Shown in pieces: positions 9,873 through 19,377 of a DNA stretch of 64,000 nucleotides. Origin of the DNA: a virus; the IMG/VR virus record IMGVR_UViG_3300005613_004097, positions 1 to 64,000 of that record; one strand, given 5' to 3'. Position 1 is the stretch's first letter, and every line of letters starts with the position of its first letter. A program made the translations under genes and the position numbers. The notes under the pieces were generated by a model that was given only the letters and a program-made list of their open reading frames with translations, ran no database searches and had not been told where the DNA came from.

Positions 9873-10601
9873 ATGTTACAATTCAAAGAGTTCATCAAAG
9901 AGAATCAATCTGTATATCTGGATGGTGTTGAAACTGATAAGTCATCGATTTCCAGATTGAACAGATCGATCGAAAGATATATCAAAAGTGTGTATGGTCC
10001 ATTTGGATTCGTACACAGAGGTGAAAATATTGACATTGATGTAAATGGTATGATACTGAATACTGAGTATATCGGTAAAATGATAAACAATTACACAGTA
10101 TTCAAACGAGCAATTAAAGAATTCAACTTGAAAGATTCAGATTCTTTCTATCGGTTCATGTTCAATAATATGAAAGAAGTGTATCACTATGATAGTGATT
10201 TTTTCAAAAGATATACTTTACCGATATTGATAAACACTACAAGAAAGGGAAATGTTTCTGAAAAGAGAGCGAAGGAGATATTCAAAGAATTTGCAGAAAG
10301 TAAGAATATTATTGTTGATATCAAAAATCCCATCTTAGTAGAGGATGTTGATGGCATAGACTTTAAATTCACACACAATGGTAAAGAATTCACAGTTCAG
10401 GTAAAGCCATTTATAAGTTATGAAAGAAAAGGTTCGGAAATTTATATAAAGTCACAAGGATCCTTATCACTGATCACAAATTATCTGGTTCTATGTAAAG
10501 GTGAGAACTTTATAATTCTGAAAAATCCATCAAACAAGAAAATATGGATCATCGGTGATGAGTTTGTAACTGATGAATCCAATATTTTACAGATAATATA
10601 G
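9873..10601 (+). CDS. hypothetical protein, possible PD-(D/E)xK fold at C-terminus
   Basis: 'EDVDGIDF...TVQVK'; ends in TAG. Confidence 0.55.
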   Translation: MLQFKEFIKENQSVYLDGVETDKSSISRLNRSIERYIKSVYGPFGFVHRGENIDIDVNGMILNTEYIGKMINNYTVFKRAIKEFNLKDSDSFYRFMFNNMKEVYHYDSDFFKRYTLPILINTTRKGNVSEKRAKEIFKEFAESKNIIVDIKNPILVEDVDGIDFKFTHNGKEFTVQVKPFISYERKGSEIYIKSQGSLSLITNYLVLCKGENFIILKNPSNKKIWIIGDEFVTDESNILQII

Positions 10602-10650
10602 TATTTTTTTCATTGGGAGACATGCATTACATATATATACATGTAAATAA

Positions 10651-10827
10651 ATGTTGAAAAATATGAAAAATAAATTATTGAATGTCAGAATTCCTGAAAA
10701 ACTTTTAGATGAGTATAAAAAATTCTGTGAAGAAAATACATTCACCGTTAGTAAAAGGATCAGAAAACTCATGGAAGCCGACATTGAAAAATGGAAGAAA
10801 TATAAAGCATCAAAGTTATTGAAGTAG
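10651..10827 (+). CDS. ribbon-helix-helix DNA-binding protein (not in ORF track)
   Basis: MLKNMKNKLLNVRIPEKLLDEYKKFCEENTFTVSKRIRKLMEADIE..., CopG/Arc-like pattern. Confidence 0.7.
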   Translation: MLKNMKNKLLNVRIPEKLLDEYKKFCEENTFTVSKRIRKLMEADIEKWKKYKASKLLK

Positions 10828-11079
10828 TTTCCTCAATTTTTCGGATCTTATCTTTTTTAACCAGTCAGGTATTGTGTAGTGATCTTCCCACTCGAATATA
10901 TTGTGATTTTCATCACCTGTTTTTTCGAGATTGAATTGGTCCATATGTTTTTGAGATTCAGTTACATTATAGAAGATTTCACCACTGGAACTTTTTCTGA
11001 TATTTTTGATGTGTCCGATGGTAATACATTTTTTTCCTCTTCTGAATTTCCAAGCAACTATCACATCCCCTATTCTCAT
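10816..11079 (-). CDS. hypothetical protein
   Basis: 87 aa, ends IRSEKLRKLLQ. Confidence 0.6.
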   Translation of the reverse strand: MRIGDVIVAWKFRRGKKCITIGHIKNIRKSSSGEIFYNVTESQKHMDQFNLEKTGDENHNIFEWEDHYTIPDWLKKIRSEKLRKLLQ

Positions 11080-11795
11080 AATGATTCTTTTGAATTCGGA
11101 TCAACATTGATCTCACACCATGAAATGAATCTAAGAAGTTCTTGATTCAATATTTCAAGATCATTTACGGTTATAGTTTGTCGGTTTAGAAACTTACTAA
11201 ATTGTGGGTAATTTTTTACAATTTCATTTTTTGTATATGATTCTGATTCATTTCCATCTATTAATGAGAATATTTGCCCCATTTGAAAAGCAATCACTTT
11301 GTATATGTCTTGTTTTCTTTCCTTTTTATTTGGGAATTCGGTCATTTTAGTGAAGTCGATTTTCTTAAGAACGCTCAATCTTTCAGAAAGTTTTCCTCTC
11401 AGAGCGTTCTTTATTTCACTTCTTAGATGTGTTCTTGAATAGAATGAAATGATGAATCTTGCAATTCGAATTGCCTTTTCGTTGATGTTTCTTTCGATAG
11501 GTGATTTTATAGGCTGTTCAAAATACTGTGTGTGGTTCTTATATGTGTAATACAGAACATTATTAAGTTCGTCACAAGTTCCTTTGAAGCAATCGACCAA
11601 TACACCATCGTTGATAACACCGATATTGCAATTCAGTGGCTTATCTTTCAGTATTTTTGAAAGTTTTTCATTCCAATGTTTACATATGTTATGTGATTCA
11701 TCGATGTTCCTTGGTATATCATCGACCATTACCAATACATCATAGTCAGATGAGTTCTCTGATCCGAACAGTATGAATTCAGTTTCTTTTTCCAT
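11076..11795 (-). CDS. Pol-beta-superfamily nucleotidyltransferase-like protein
   Basis: N-terminal ILFGS...SDYDVLV (GS..DxD) motif; promoter motif at 11800-11807. Confidence 0.55.
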   Translation of the reverse strand: MEKETEFILFGSENSSDYDVLVMVDDIPRNIDESHNICKHWNEKLSKILKDKPLNCNIGVINDGVLVDCFKGTCDELNNVLYYTYKNHTQYFEQPIKSPIERNINEKAIRIARFIISFYSRTHLRSEIKNALRGKLSERLSVLKKIDFTKMTEFPNKKERKQDIYKVIAFQMGQIFSLIDGNESESYTKNEIVKNYPQFSKFLNRQTITVNDLEILNQELLRFISWCEINVDPNSKESL

Positions 11796-11843
11796 ATGAC
11801 AAATATACTGAAATTTTTTAATTTCGCGAGATGTTGTGGTCCA

Positions 11844-12395
11844 TTACTCTTTTATCTCATTGATCTTATCTCTGAGCTCGGCAGCCATTTCATAATCTTC
11901 ATTGGCAATTGCCTGTTCCATCAGTTTTTCAAGATCTTCAACCTTCATAACATTTCCCTGACTTGATTCTTCTGAGATATTTCCTTCATCATCCATATCA
12001 ACTCCGCACATGTTTATCACTTCCTCTTGAACAAAGAGTGGACATTCGAATATCTCTGAAAGTGCAATTGCATCACCGGCAGTTGATTCAATGCTGACAG
12101 AATCAAATCCGTTACTGATAGTTATTCTTGCATAGAATATCCCCTCTAATACTTTATATATCTCAACTTCTTGGCAATCCATTTGAAATGCATCACAGGT
12201 TTCCTTCAATAGTTCATGTGTCAATGGTCTGGGTGATCTCATACCTTCTACACTGAGTGCGATCACTTGTGCATCATGTGGTTTTACGATTATTGGTAAC
12301 TTTCTTGTGCCTCGCTGTTCACTTAGTACACACACATATGATCCTATCTGAGATTGTGAGTAAGATAATCCTAATATTTTTACTTGTCTTTTCAT
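11844..12395 (-). CDS. bifunctional nuclease (DUF151/BFN) with UVR domain
   Basis: 'RKLPII', 'PRPLTHELL', 'GIFYA', 'DAIAL'; C-terminal 'AIANEDYEMAAELRDKI'. Confidence 0.85.
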   Translation of the reverse strand: MKRQVKILGLSYSQSQIGSYVCVLSEQRGTRKLPIIVKPHDAQVIALSVEGMRSPRPLTHELLKETCDAFQMDCQEVEIYKVLEGIFYARITISNGFDSVSIESTAGDAIALSEIFECPLFVQEEVINMCGVDMDDEGNISEESSQGNVMKVEDLEKLMEQAIANEDYEMAAELRDKINEIKE

Positions 12396-12410
12396 TTTAA
12401 TTGTTTTTTC

Positions 12411-13064
12411 TTATTGTAATAAAAGGTCCGCTGCTGATGTAGCTGCGTATGATTGATTTTTTGCAAATACCCGATATCCCATTCCTCTTAATCCTGGAAC
12501 ATATGCATTATATGATGTGAATGACTTATTGTTTGTTGTTTGCCTTCCATTTTTTGTTGACGGGAACGGATTGAAATCAAGGTGAATGTCCACAAGTTTA
12601 TACTGACATGTTCTTTCATAGTCAGTGAGTGATATGTTATTGATATATCTATCAACTTCCTGTATGTTCAAACCGATAAGTTTACCATTACAATGCATGA
12701 TATGATATTTATATGCTTTTCTTTGAAATTCTGTTATATCTTGTCTTTCATAGAAAGATTTCATTTCATTGTTCAAAAATTCAGCTATGTTGTAAGCATA
12801 TTCATACTCCTTGTAAAGTCGCTGCTCATTGTTTCTTATCTTAGGTAAATGTTCTCTGAAAAAAACAACATGGGCACCTCGTCTCATGTCAGTATCATAC
12901 ATCATAATTGTGTTGGCGTAAATTGTTTTTCTTCTTTTTTGGATAGAGTCACAACCTACTGATATCGTGAGATTCGGATTTTCTTGCAATTTATATTTCA
13001 GATATTCAACTATATCTGGTATCCAATCACCTCCGAATTTTTTGTATTTGTCTTTATAGTTCAT
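12411..13064 (-). CDS. YkuK-family (DUF458) RNase H-like protein
   Basis: 'ISVGCDS', 'RLYKE', 'DIHLDFN', 'AATSAAD'. Confidence 0.7.
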   Translation of the reverse strand: MNYKDKYKKFGGDWIPDIVEYLKYKLQENPNLTISVGCDSIQKRRKTIYANTIMMYDTDMRRGAHVVFFREHLPKIRNNEQRLYKEYEYAYNIAEFLNNEMKSFYERQDITEFQRKAYKYHIMHCNGKLIGLNIQEVDRYINNISLTDYERTCQYKLVDIHLDFNPFPSTKNGRQTTNNKSFTSYNAYVPGLRGMGYRVFAKNQSYAATSAADLLLQ

Positions 13065-13267
13065 AAAATATTTATTTTCAATATTGTGGATCTAACAATA
13101 TCCGGTGGTATGATAAGAAAACCACCATCATCACATATCATTTCAAATCCACTTTGGTAATAATTTTTAGAGAATTCGCAAACATTCTCATATTCTTCCT
13201 TTGTAACATTCATTGTTTCACTTTTGAATGTACCAAAGTCCGTAATGATGGTTATCTGTATTTTCAT
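13061..13267 (-). CDS. hypothetical protein
   Basis: Short ORF, likely start MKIQITII, coupled to the next gene. Confidence 0.55.
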   Translation of the reverse strand: MKIQITIITDFGTFKSETMNVTKEEYENVCEFSKNYYQSGFEMICDDGGFLIIPPDIVRSTILKINIL

Positions 13268-13299
13268 TATGGTTATATCCAATATTCAGTTATTGGTTG

Positions 13300-13330
13300 A
13301 AAAAAAAAGGGAGAACCAAGTTCTCCCTTT
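13300..13330 (-). terminator. intrinsic terminator
   Basis: AAAGGGAGAAC-caa-GTTCTCCCTTT hairpin with U-tract on the minus strand, after the AAA gene. Confidence 0.8.
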
Positions 13331-13350
13331 CATCAAACAAACATGATCCA

Positions 13351-14448
13351 TCAACGGTTGTTGATATCATCGATCTTCATCAAGAGATCTTTGAAGGCTA
13401 GAAGGAATTCTTTCAATCTTTTCTCAGTTACATCGTGATTGTTATCAATCAAGTGTAAGAGGTATCCTGTAAGTTCATCATCATCGATCGTCTTCAAGAA
13501 GTTTTGAAGGTTGGTGAGTTGCTTCTTATTCAACTTCATAAGGTTGACACCATCTCTCAATGATTGAAGAAGTTCGGACTTCTTATCTCGATTGTATCTT
13601 TCAAGATCCTTCTTGATCTGAGGGTATCTGTCAAGAACATCTTGGATCGAAATGCTCATCATGTCCTCACAATACTGAACATATTTTCTTGCTGCTGTTC
13701 CGATGTATGATGGTGAAACTTCTTTTACCAATCCGAGGAAATCTCTTGCGGTTGAATCCATTCCAAAGTTCTCAACGATAAACTCACTCAACATTGTCCA
13801 AGAACGAGGTGTGGCGTAAGTTGCCCCATCTTGCTCAGGGTTCACATACATCTTCTCAGGGTGAGATTTCAAGTATCCAACAATTGTTGGGTGAACATTC
13901 TTATCTGCGAAGTTCTTGAACCAATCGTTCGGAGATAGTGTGTGTTTGAAGTGTATCAATCGGTTGTTCAAGGCCGAATCGAACTCTTCAACATCTGTGC
14001 CGTCCTCGTCACCAAGGTTACCTGATGCCATCATAAGAACATTCTTATTGAACTTGAAGTTGATACCTATCTCTCGTTCAAGTAGGATCTGAAGAGCTGC
14101 ATTTCTCACTTGTTGAGATGCTCGGTTCAACTCTTCAAAGTGAATGATAGTTGGTTGTCTATTTGCCTCAACAGCCCATCTTGGAACAACATGGTCGAGT
14201 ACCTTTATACCATCAACATCATTTACACTTGGGAAAAGACCCACATCGGTTTCATCGACCATCGATAGACGAATATCCATGTATCGGAAACCCATCTTGT
14301 CAGCGATTGATCGGCCGATTGCTGACTTGGCCACACCTGGTTTTGCCTTGATGAAAAGGACACCATACTTTGGCCACATCATACGAAAGTAGTACTCTTC
14401 TGTTTGAGTAAGTGACTTCATTTTTTCTTGAAATTTTTCTGGAATCAT
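13351..14448 (-). CDS. MoxR-like AAA+ ATPase
   Basis: AKPGVAKS Walker A variant, 'DIRLS', 'HFEELNRA', 'ALNNRL', 'ATPRSW'. Confidence 0.85.
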   Translation of the reverse strand: MIPEKFQEKMKSLTQTEEYYFRMMWPKYGVLFIKAKPGVAKSAIGRSIADKMGFRYMDIRLSMVDETDVGLFPSVNDVDGIKVLDHVVPRWAVEANRQPTIIHFEELNRASQQVRNAALQILLEREIGINFKFNKNVLMMASGNLGDEDGTDVEEFDSALNNRLIHFKHTLSPNDWFKNFADKNVHPTIVGYLKSHPEKMYVNPEQDGATYATPRSWTMLSEFIVENFGMDSTARDFLGLVKEVSPSYIGTAARKYVQYCEDMMSISIQDVLDRYPQIKKDLERYNRDKKSELLQSLRDGVNLMKLNKKQLTNLQNFLKTIDDDELTGYLLHLIDNNHDVTEKRLKEFLLAFKDLLMKIDDINNR

Positions 14449-14528
14449 GTTTTTTTGTTTTTTGATTATTTAATTTACGGTTACAAATATAAGTGATTAA
14501 TTTTAATTGGCAATGATATTTTTGAAAA

Positions 14529-14786
14529 TTATTTTATTCTTGTAATAACAACATCACCACTAACTTCAACATTACAATCACACTCTTGATCTCTGAAGTA
14601 ATATCCATCCGAAGATGAAGATGATTGAACTTTACCGGTTGATACCCATTCTCCTACACACTTCCCACCTGACCACAGTTCAACTTTGTGTTTATCACCG
14701 AGTCCACCGAATTGTGATTTTGTGGCATCTGTACAAGAACTTAGGGTAAAAAGTGATAATGATAGAAATACAAATAATTTTTTCAT
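14529..14786 (-). CDS. small lipoprotein
   Basis: MKKLFVFLSLSLFTLSS-C lipobox; promoter motif at 14815-14822. Confidence 0.75.
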   Translation of the reverse strand: MKKLFVFLSLSLFTLSSCTDATKSQFGGLGDKHKVELWSGGKCVGEWVSTGKVQSSSSSDGYYFRDQECDCNVEVSGDVVITRIK

Positions 14787-14829
14787 TTGTTTTTTATTTA
14801 TTGTTTAACGGTTACAAATATATGGAATA

Positions 14830-14857
14830 TTTAGAATCCCACAATGGGGATTCTAAA
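14830..14857 (-). terminator. hairpin / probable terminator
   Basis: TTTAGAATCCC-acaatg-GGGATTCTAAA just after the 14863-15480 stop. Confidence 0.65.
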
Positions 14858-14862
14858 CTTTT

Positions 14863-15480
14863 TTATCCTCGAATAACCTCAGGTGTTTTCAACATGACCA
14901 CCGGCCTGATCGACTCCATGACCTCTTGAACATCACCAAGTTCTGAAAAGTTGTTGATCGTACCTTTTGCAACTGAATGTTTCACTACTGCTTTGATGAT
15001 CCGTCCTTTGTCATCATCTTCGATATCCTCACATTCAGATATCAATCTGCTCAGAACCTCACCATACTTTTGGATCATGGTATTATCGAAGGAAAATTGT
15101 GTATCTGTTTCAACTACATCTTCACCGAATTCTTCGATCAGTTCTTTTGCTCGTTCATTATCGATCGTGATATATTTATCCTGAGGTACAAACATCACTT
15201 GTGCAGTATCACCAAGTTCTTTTGATTCGATCATAACTGATCCTGGGTTCTTGCCTGTTTCTTGGTAATATTCGGCCCATTTTTCCTTTGAGATCTCTTT
15301 GACCTCACTTGAAATAAGATCAGCCTTTGATTTATCGGTCTTCATTCTTTCATTGAGTTCTTGAAGTTGTTCGATCATGTTGAAGAATTCAGGATCATCA
15401 ACTTTCAATCGCAGCTTTTCTTTCTTTGATGCTGTTTTCTTTTTTGACGCTTGATTTTGTGCCTGTGCAAATAGATTCAT
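14863..15480 (-). CDS. hypothetical protein
   Basis: 205-aa ORF. Confidence 0.7.
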   Translation of the reverse strand: MNLFAQAQNQASKKKTASKKEKLRLKVDDPEFFNMIEQLQELNERMKTDKSKADLISSEVKEISKEKWAEYYQETGKNPGSVMIESKELGDTAQVMFVPQDKYITIDNERAKELIEEFGEDVVETDTQFSFDNTMIQKYGEVLSRLISECEDIEDDDKGRIIKAVVKHSVAKGTINNFSELGDVQEVMESIRPVVMLKTPEVIRG

Positions 15481-15670
15481 TTTTTTGTTTTTAATTGTTA
15501 ATAATTGTTTAGTTTTTAATATAGTTGTTTTTGTTCTTTTTCCATAATTCTCTTAACCTTTTTACCTCATTATCGATAATATCCAAAAGTTGATCAGGTG
15601 TAATACTGCTATCGTAAGAAAAACATGACATCATCGTAAGTGAATTGATATGAATATCCCATGATCAAAT

Positions 15671-16195
15671 TTAATTTTCTTTAATAATATAATCCCCATT
15701 GATATGATCGTTGAAAAAGACAAGACATTTATAAGGACTGAGTTCATTTTTCTCACAATGGTTCACATAATCCATGTTAGTGAGAATATCTTGATAATCT
15801 ATCGAATCGAACTTTGTATCATCTGATCTCCAGTGATGCAATCTTTCAAGGACTTTCAAGACATATGTGCTTTTCATCTCCATATATTGTATCGGAATGT
15901 TATTGTCGGTTGCAAATTTTATCTCTGCACTAACACCAGTTGAGTTTTCACATCCTGTCATTTTCAAAACGATCATCTTATCGGATAGTTTTAAAAAATG
16001 CTGACAGAAATCTTGCCAGAATTTCCAATCACCTGGCATTTCATGAAAATTGAGTAGTGTATGTCCATAAACGATCGGTGAAAATGCGTTATGTCCTTGA
16101 CTGACCATTTTTGCACAGAATTTCGCGACCTCTTGAAATCTTAATTCTTCGATCTCCTTTACAGGATGTGTATATGGGCTTGATATGAATATCAT
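15671..16195 (-). CDS. DUF1937-family protein (nucleoside deoxyribosyltransferase-like fold)
   Basis: 'IFISSPYTH', 'FSPIVYGH', 'STGVSAEI'. Confidence 0.75.
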   Translation of the reverse strand: MIFISSPYTHPVKEIEELRFQEVAKFCAKMVSQGHNAFSPIVYGHTLLNFHEMPGDWKFWQDFCQHFLKLSDKMIVLKMTGCENSTGVSAEIKFATDNNIPIQYMEMKSTYVLKVLERLHHWRSDDTKFDSIDYQDILTNMDYVNHCEKNELSPYKCLVFFNDHINGDYIIKEN

Positions 16196-16386
16196 TACTT
16201 GATAGAGTTTAATATCTGTTTATATTCTGTCATTAATCTTTTGTGTAGTATCTCATCAAATGCCTTTAAGAGGTTCAACTCAACACCTATCTTGGATTCC
16301 TTTGGTGTAAGGGTTTTCATTTTGATCCGGTGCATCTTTTTTCTGATGCTGTCTTCCAATCTTCTTAGATCTCTTTCTGATGCCAT
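16195..16386 (-). CDS. hypothetical protein
   Basis: 63 aa; promoter motif at 16403-16410. Confidence 0.6.
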   Translation of the reverse strand: MASERDLRRLEDSIRKKMHRIKMKTLTPKESKIGVELNLLKAFDEILHKRLMTEYKQILNSIK

Positions 16387-16422
16387 GTTTTTTTATTTGT
16401 GACAAATATAAGGATAATTCCA

Positions 16423-16659
16423 TTAATGCCAAATATCATCTTCTTCGAATCCAGATGATGGTATCACATTATTTTCTTCGAAAAAGTCAATAAGTAATCT
16501 TTCATCATACTCAGAAAGGTCCTGATCATCTATTTTGAATGTCCATCTATCTATTATTTCCCACTCGATCTTGCCTTCTTCGTACAATTCGTCCAAATAT
16601 TCGGTCACTTTCTCTTCATCAAGGCATTCATCAAATGAATAATATCTGTGCAATTTCAT
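16423..16659 (-). CDS. small acidic hypothetical protein
   Basis: 78 aa, very D/E-rich. Confidence 0.6.
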   Translation of the reverse strand: MKLHRYYSFDECLDEEKVTEYLDELYEEGKIEWEIIDRWTFKIDDQDLSEYDERLLIDFFEENNVIPSSGFEEDDIWH

Positions 16660-16670
16660 ATACCGATGTT

Positions 16671-17417
16671 TTATTTTTCTTTCAAGAATTCTATGATGGT
16701 CGTCATTGGAACTCTTTTCTCATCTTTATCATCTATATATCTATTTAAGATCCACAATTTTTCACCATCTTTGGTATCTATAAGACCAATATTGAGTATA
16801 TTATCACCGACCTTGACCTTGAGATAATCGTCAGATATCGATAATGGTATTATTTCAAGTTCAGGATTCTCATCGAAGTTGCCAATATTTCTCACAAAAT
16901 TGAAATTTTCCTTTTCGAGGAATTTACTTTTTATTCTATCAATGAATTCTTTATTTGGTTCAAAAACTTTGTTTTTTCTTACACCGAACACATCTTTATG
17001 TTTGAATCCTAAAGTAATGTGAAAATCGTGTTCTTTAAGGCCATACATTTTCCTTATCTCATCCAATTTCTTTGAATTGCAAACAACAAAATATGCCGTA
17101 TTCTCGTTTCTCGATGCTTTACCAAGTCCCATCATTTTGATATCATCTATCTGTTGTGTGAAAAGCTGGGAAACCTGTTTTAAAAATTTATCATGTCCTA
17201 TTGATTTTGCAAGTTTATTGAAATCCATGACATTTATGACCGTCATGTGGTAAGATCCACTGTCTCGTTTTTGTTGATTCGATGTGAATTCATCAAACTT
17301 GTCACCAAGATCTGTTTTCATTTTCTCTAAAAAAGGCTTCACAACTTGATCATCTACCTTGATTCCCAAGTAATTGTTCCCGATCACATCTTTTATGTAT
17401 GTTATGTAATGTATCAT
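16671..17417 (-). CDS. 2H phosphoesterase
   Basis: Two HxT motifs: YHMTVI and FHITLGF. Confidence 0.75.
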   Translation of the reverse strand: MIHYITYIKDVIGNNYLGIKVDDQVVKPFLEKMKTDLGDKFDEFTSNQQKRDSGSYHMTVINVMDFNKLAKSIGHDKFLKQVSQLFTQQIDDIKMMGLGKASRNENTAYFVVCNSKKLDEIRKMYGLKEHDFHITLGFKHKDVFGVRKNKVFEPNKEFIDRIKSKFLEKENFNFVRNIGNFDENPELEIIPLSISDDYLKVKVGDNILNIGLIDTKDGEKLWILNRYIDDKDEKRVPMTTIIEFLKEK

Positions 17418-17429
17418 AGTTCTATATAT

Positions 17430-17777
17430 CTACTGAAAAATACCAATTGATGCCCCAAAATTCACCTCATTGTCAGGAAATTCAACAAAATAATAATCAA
17501 CCAATTGTTTACCTTGCAATTTTCTTTTATTCTGTGGTAAAAGTTTTTGTCGCTTCACTATAGATTCTGTTTGATTTCTTGCCCAATCCACTTTCTCATC
17601 ACGGTCATCAATATCGAGTTCATCGAACAGGTTGGTGAAACACCTGTCACACCAACTTTCGATGAATATAACTTGATCCCCGATCGGGACCATGAGTTGT
17701 GTTTTGCTTGGATCATCTGAATCAGGTATTGAGTCGATGAGTTTTTTTATCTGGTGTTCTTGAAATTTATCGATCAT
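17430..17777 (-). CDS. hypothetical protein
   Basis: 115 aa, ATGA-coupled; TAG stop. Confidence 0.6.
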   Translation of the reverse strand: MIDKFQEHQIKKLIDSIPDSDDPSKTQLMVPIGDQVIFIESWCDRCFTNLFDELDIDDRDEKVDWARNQTESIVKRQKLLPQNKRKLQGKQLVDYYFVEFPDNEVNFGASIGIFQ

Positions 17778-18949
17778 ATCATTTCTTTGAATTTTTCAAC
17801 TTCCAATCTCTTAATCTCATCGCCAAGTTGCTTTCCTTTGAATCCTTGTTCCATCAATTCTTTAGAATCGACCGATGGTTTGAATTCGAGAAATTTGATC
17901 AGTTCGTTGGTATTGATATTGTTCATATCGATCCATTCATGAATGATGTCATCTTCAATGTGACATCTTACTTTTTCTTTGTAAAATTCCGTTACTTGAT
18001 CTGAACTGAAATTCAATAGTGAAATAAGGAACTTTGCCTTTTTGGTCAAATCGGCTGGAAATTTCCACATCTGAACCATTTTTCTTTCGAAGGTTTTCAT
18101 ATCCTCATACTTGAATATGTTTGCAATATGGATTATCATCGAATTTGACTCAACCATCTTTTGATTGATATTTGATTTTGGAAATGCTTCTTTCCACATA
18201 TCGAACTGATTGAAGAACTCCAAGTAATTTTTGAAGTTCTTACATTGTTTGAACGCTTTTTCAAATTCTTCCCAAATTCTTTCCTGTGAGATTCTTTTCA
18301 TCTTACCGGTCTCTGGATCAATATTTTCAAGTTGAGGTCTTTCTTTGATTGCTTTTGCAGTTGTTTCCTCAATTGGTGTTGCATATCTGGCAGCAAATCT
18401 GAATGCTCTCAATATTCTAAGCGAATCCTCATTGAATCTTTCAATTGGATCACCTACCATTCTTGTAACTTTATTTTCAAGGTCCTTTACCCCACCAACA
18501 AGATCAACAATTTCTCTTTTATCAAGATCATAGAAGAGTGCATTGTATGTGAGATCTCTCCTTAGAACATCTTCTTCAATGGTAACACCGAGTTTAACTT
18601 CTGGGTTCCTACCCACCGAAACGTCTTCTCTGAAGGTAGCAATTTCCATTCCCTCTGGTTGATCTTCAGTGAATACAACAACTACACCGAATGCTTTTCC
18701 TTGAAGGTTTGTTCTGTATCTGTTATCAAGTATCTCAAGTATCTCGTCTGGAAGAGCATCTGTTGAAAGATCAAAATCCTTTGGCTTATCGCCAGTTAGA
18801 AAGTCTCTGACTGATCCACCGACAAGAAAGAGTCGCTTACCATTTGCCTTGAATAGATTATGTAATTCTTTTACTGAATCGGGTATTATTTCCCACATAT
18901 CTTTGTCTTTTAGTGATTCTACAAATATACTGAATTTTTTGATTATCAT
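17774..18949 (-). CDS. cca: CCA-adding tRNA nucleotidyltransferase (class II)
   Basis: LVGGSVRD..KDFDLST, EIATFR, EEDVLRRDLTYNAL, RFNEDSLRILRAFRF, ISQERIWEE; start MIIKKF. Confidence 0.9.
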   Translation of the reverse strand: MIIKKFSIFVESLKDKDMWEIIPDSVKELHNLFKANGKRLFLVGGSVRDFLTGDKPKDFDLSTDALPDEILEILDNRYRTNLQGKAFGVVVVFTEDQPEGMEIATFREDVSVGRNPEVKLGVTIEEDVLRRDLTYNALFYDLDKREIVDLVGGVKDLENKVTRMVGDPIERFNEDSLRILRAFRFAARYATPIEETTAKAIKERPQLENIDPETGKMKRISQERIWEEFEKAFKQCKNFKNYLEFFNQFDMWKEAFPKSNINQKMVESNSMIIHIANIFKYEDMKTFERKMVQMWKFPADLTKKAKFLISLLNFSSDQVTEFYKEKVRCHIEDDIIHEWIDMNNINTNELIKFLEFKPSVDSKELMEQGFKGKQLGDEIKRLEVEKFKEMI

Positions 18950-19335
18950 TTCTTGATCACATTTATCTTTTTGAATCCGGCCATTTTCAGTGCAGCCCAT
19001 CTGTGGTGACCATCGATTATTTTCATATTCTGATCTATTACAATCGGTGGCAGATTGTCCTCACTTTTGATATCACCTTCATCATAATAGTTCTCAATAT
19101 CCTTATCAAATTCAACAAAAAGTCCTTTTGCATATCCTTTCGATGTTTCGTTCCAAACATCTTCATCTTCTTGAACAGGTATCACTTGGTCAATATCGAT
19201 CTTATCGACAATCCCGGTATATTCTTCACCACTTGGAAGTTTAATTGTTTGCTCTTCACCGGGAAAACTTCTTTGTTTTGACTCTTGCTCGGTGAGATTG
19301 AATTTTTCAAATTGTATGTAGTTGAGAATTCTCAT
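18946..19335 (-). CDS. ParB/Srx-like domain protein
   Basis: 'LPPIVID...IIDGHHRWAA'. Confidence 0.75.
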   Translation of the reverse strand: MRILNYIQFEKFNLTEQESKQRSFPGEEQTIKLPSGEEYTGIVDKIDIDQVIPVQEDEDVWNETSKGYAKGLFVEFDKDIENYYDEGDIKSEDNLPPIVIDQNMKIIDGHHRWAALKMAGFKKINVIKK

Positions 19336-19377
19336 TAAATTGATATCACATTTTAATGTATATATCAATTTATCTCA

